DNA of 64,000 bases, taken from the NCBI GenBank assembly GCA_010356995.1, contig ML996702.1, positions 186,001 through 250,000 on the forward strand, written 5' to 3'. Of the stretch, positions 62,301 through 64,000 are shown piece after piece. The translations under genes and the position numbers were made by a program. The stretch's first letter is position 1; each line of letters opens with the position of its first letter. The notes beneath the pieces are model-generated. The model was not told where the DNA came from and did no database searches. It worked only from the letters and a program-made list of their open reading frames with translations. Source of the stretch: Trichodelitschia bisporula (Eukaryota).

Positions 62301-63247
62301 CTCCGCACACTATGTTCGTCCAGACGCCTGCGCCGGGCCCGCCCCCGCCGTTCTCCGACTTCGGGCCGTATAACCCCGCGCCGAACCCGGTGCAGCAGGG
62401 CGCGACTCTGACGGAGGAACTCCGCCGTGTAACGGCGGAAGCGCCTACCGTGGTCGGGAGCCAGAGTTCACCGATCGAGATTGCGGATCAATCCCCAAAG
62501 TCAACGAAGCGTCTGCTGTTTCCGTCGCCGCGGCGCGCAGGCGAGTTTAAGGTGCTGGATGATCGGCCGGTGCCGGGGAAGGAGGCGTCGCTCTTTTCGT
62601 CGCCGGGGGCCACGGAGACGGTACTTGACGAGGGTGCGCCGGCGGAGTCTACGCAGGATCAGAATACCGAGAACGCAACGGACAAGCCGACTACGCCAAC
62701 CGAGCGTCCTTCCACTGCGCCTCCTGCGACACCCTCCCCTCGGACCGCCCGCGCCACACGTACTCCTCCGCCGCCGGCTGATGACCCAGACAACGCAACA
62801 GACAAAGAAAACGAGCCCCCTACCCTCTCAGACGACGACATGGCCAGCCTCTTCGGAAACTACATGCACTCACCCCTCAAATACACCGGGCGCACGCCCC
62901 CCTTCAGCCACCTCAAAGACCTCCTCCGCACCCCCACCCCACGCAAAACGCGCAGTCCGGGCTCTGGCAAGGGGGGCGCGCCGTTGTGGCTGGACTGGGA
63001 GGGCGAGTCGTTAACGCCCAGCAAACTGCATTTCAGTCCTAGGACCTTGGCGATGTGGGATGCGTTGCGGGAGGGGGGCGGGTTGGAGGAGGCTGGTCTT
63101 GGGGGGGCGGGGTTTTCTCTTTGGGAGGATGGGACGGCGACGGTGGGGGGGATTGAGGAGGGGGGGGCGTTGGTTACGCCTGGGGAGGAGGAGTTTCGGA
63201 GGGACTTTGAGGCGGAGATGATGAGGCAGGATCGGGAGGGGGAGTAG
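59391..63247 (+). CDS. ams2: Ams2/Spt21-like transcription factor with split GATA-type zinc finger
   Basis: join(59391..59490,59547..59700,59755..63247). N-terminal domain MRVKVLYTFD..NCLAR..IGVIELKTCIQAI..SPEL..DYTVYAYDFSE..TPLVGQGMLS..ITGRVC..KETLEVKLRL; FCANCGEINTPTWR...LCNPCG; RLLFPSPR. Confidence 0.85.
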
Positions 63248-64000
63248 GGGGCTTACTGGATTGTGTGGGTTTAGGCATGGCGTGGGTTGATATCCTGCAT
63301 GGGGCGGAGGGCGTTTGCATTAAGGTTGCTGGAGTGTGGGGTTCTATGTTGTATGCTGTATGATGGGCTCGCGTGTTGCGGGCGGGATAGGGCCGGGTAA
63401 GGTTTGATGCCGATGGGTCGGCTGCTATGTAGATTATGGAATGTGATGAGTATCATGCTATCCGTGGACGTTCGCAACTGCTTTACCCTGAAAGCCTTTC
63501 CCCTAACCGCTCCTCCGCCTTAGCATCCCTCCTACCCCGTCTACCCCAGTGTCCATCCTCCCCAACCCTAACCTACACCCTAGCCCGTCCCTCGAACGCG
63601 CCACCCCGGCACATGGCGAGCGGACTGCGCGGGACAGCTCATCCCCCGCATCACGTGCGTGCCACGCAGGTCAAACCCACACCATCCCTCCCATGGGGGC
63701 ACTACGATACAGCCGAGCTGTCACGCCGCGGAGGAATGGTACGGACCTCACAGGCCCGGGTCAAGGCGTTGGGGTGTGGGTGCCTAATCTGTTGCCTATG
63801 GCTGGCAGGCAGGAAGCTAGGCGGCAGCCTGGTCGGGGTTGGAAGGGCTGGCGAGGCGGGGGGGTGGGCTCTAAGCAGGACCTGCATGAGGGATATTCTG
63901 ATATTGATAAGCGAGGCTTTCGGGGGATGGGTGGTGCAGCATCATGACATTGAGCTCGTTTGGCAATTTAGATACAAAGCATGAAGAACGCAGGAAAGAA

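Overview
Fungal (Pezizomycotina, probably Dothideomycete-like) nuclear DNA with spliceosomal introns that are mostly 40-56 nt long. The two flanks are gene-dense. The left flank (0-25 kb) holds SSN3/CDK8, a quinone-oxidoreductase-type MDR enzyme, a large ZNFX1-like RNA helicase with NF-X1, RING-like and RZ fingers, a PTH11-like membrane protein, MSE1, CAF16, a JMJD7-like JmjC protein, an IRS4-like EH protein, NDE1 and a TES1-like thioesterase. The right flank (51-63 kb) holds MRPL10/uL15m, a GH76 mannanase, DAK1 and an Ams2/Spt21-like GATA factor. Between them is a gene-poor interval of about 26 kb. It contains an orphan gene with a trypsin-like fold and an apparently degenerate triad, a Pho85-type (Clg1/Mug80-like) cyclin, and a ~19.5 kb desert with several unrelated diverged tandem arrays, a long hairpin, and a short inverted-repeat element that seems to have a second copy at 19.9 kb. 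The best leads are the ZNFX1-like helicase/E3 candidate, whose RZ finger is completed only by splicing a GC-AG intron, the orphan pseudo-protease, and the repeat-structured desert. I found no tRNA, rRNA, CRISPR array or intact transposase. All calls come from reading motifs by eye, with no database searches.
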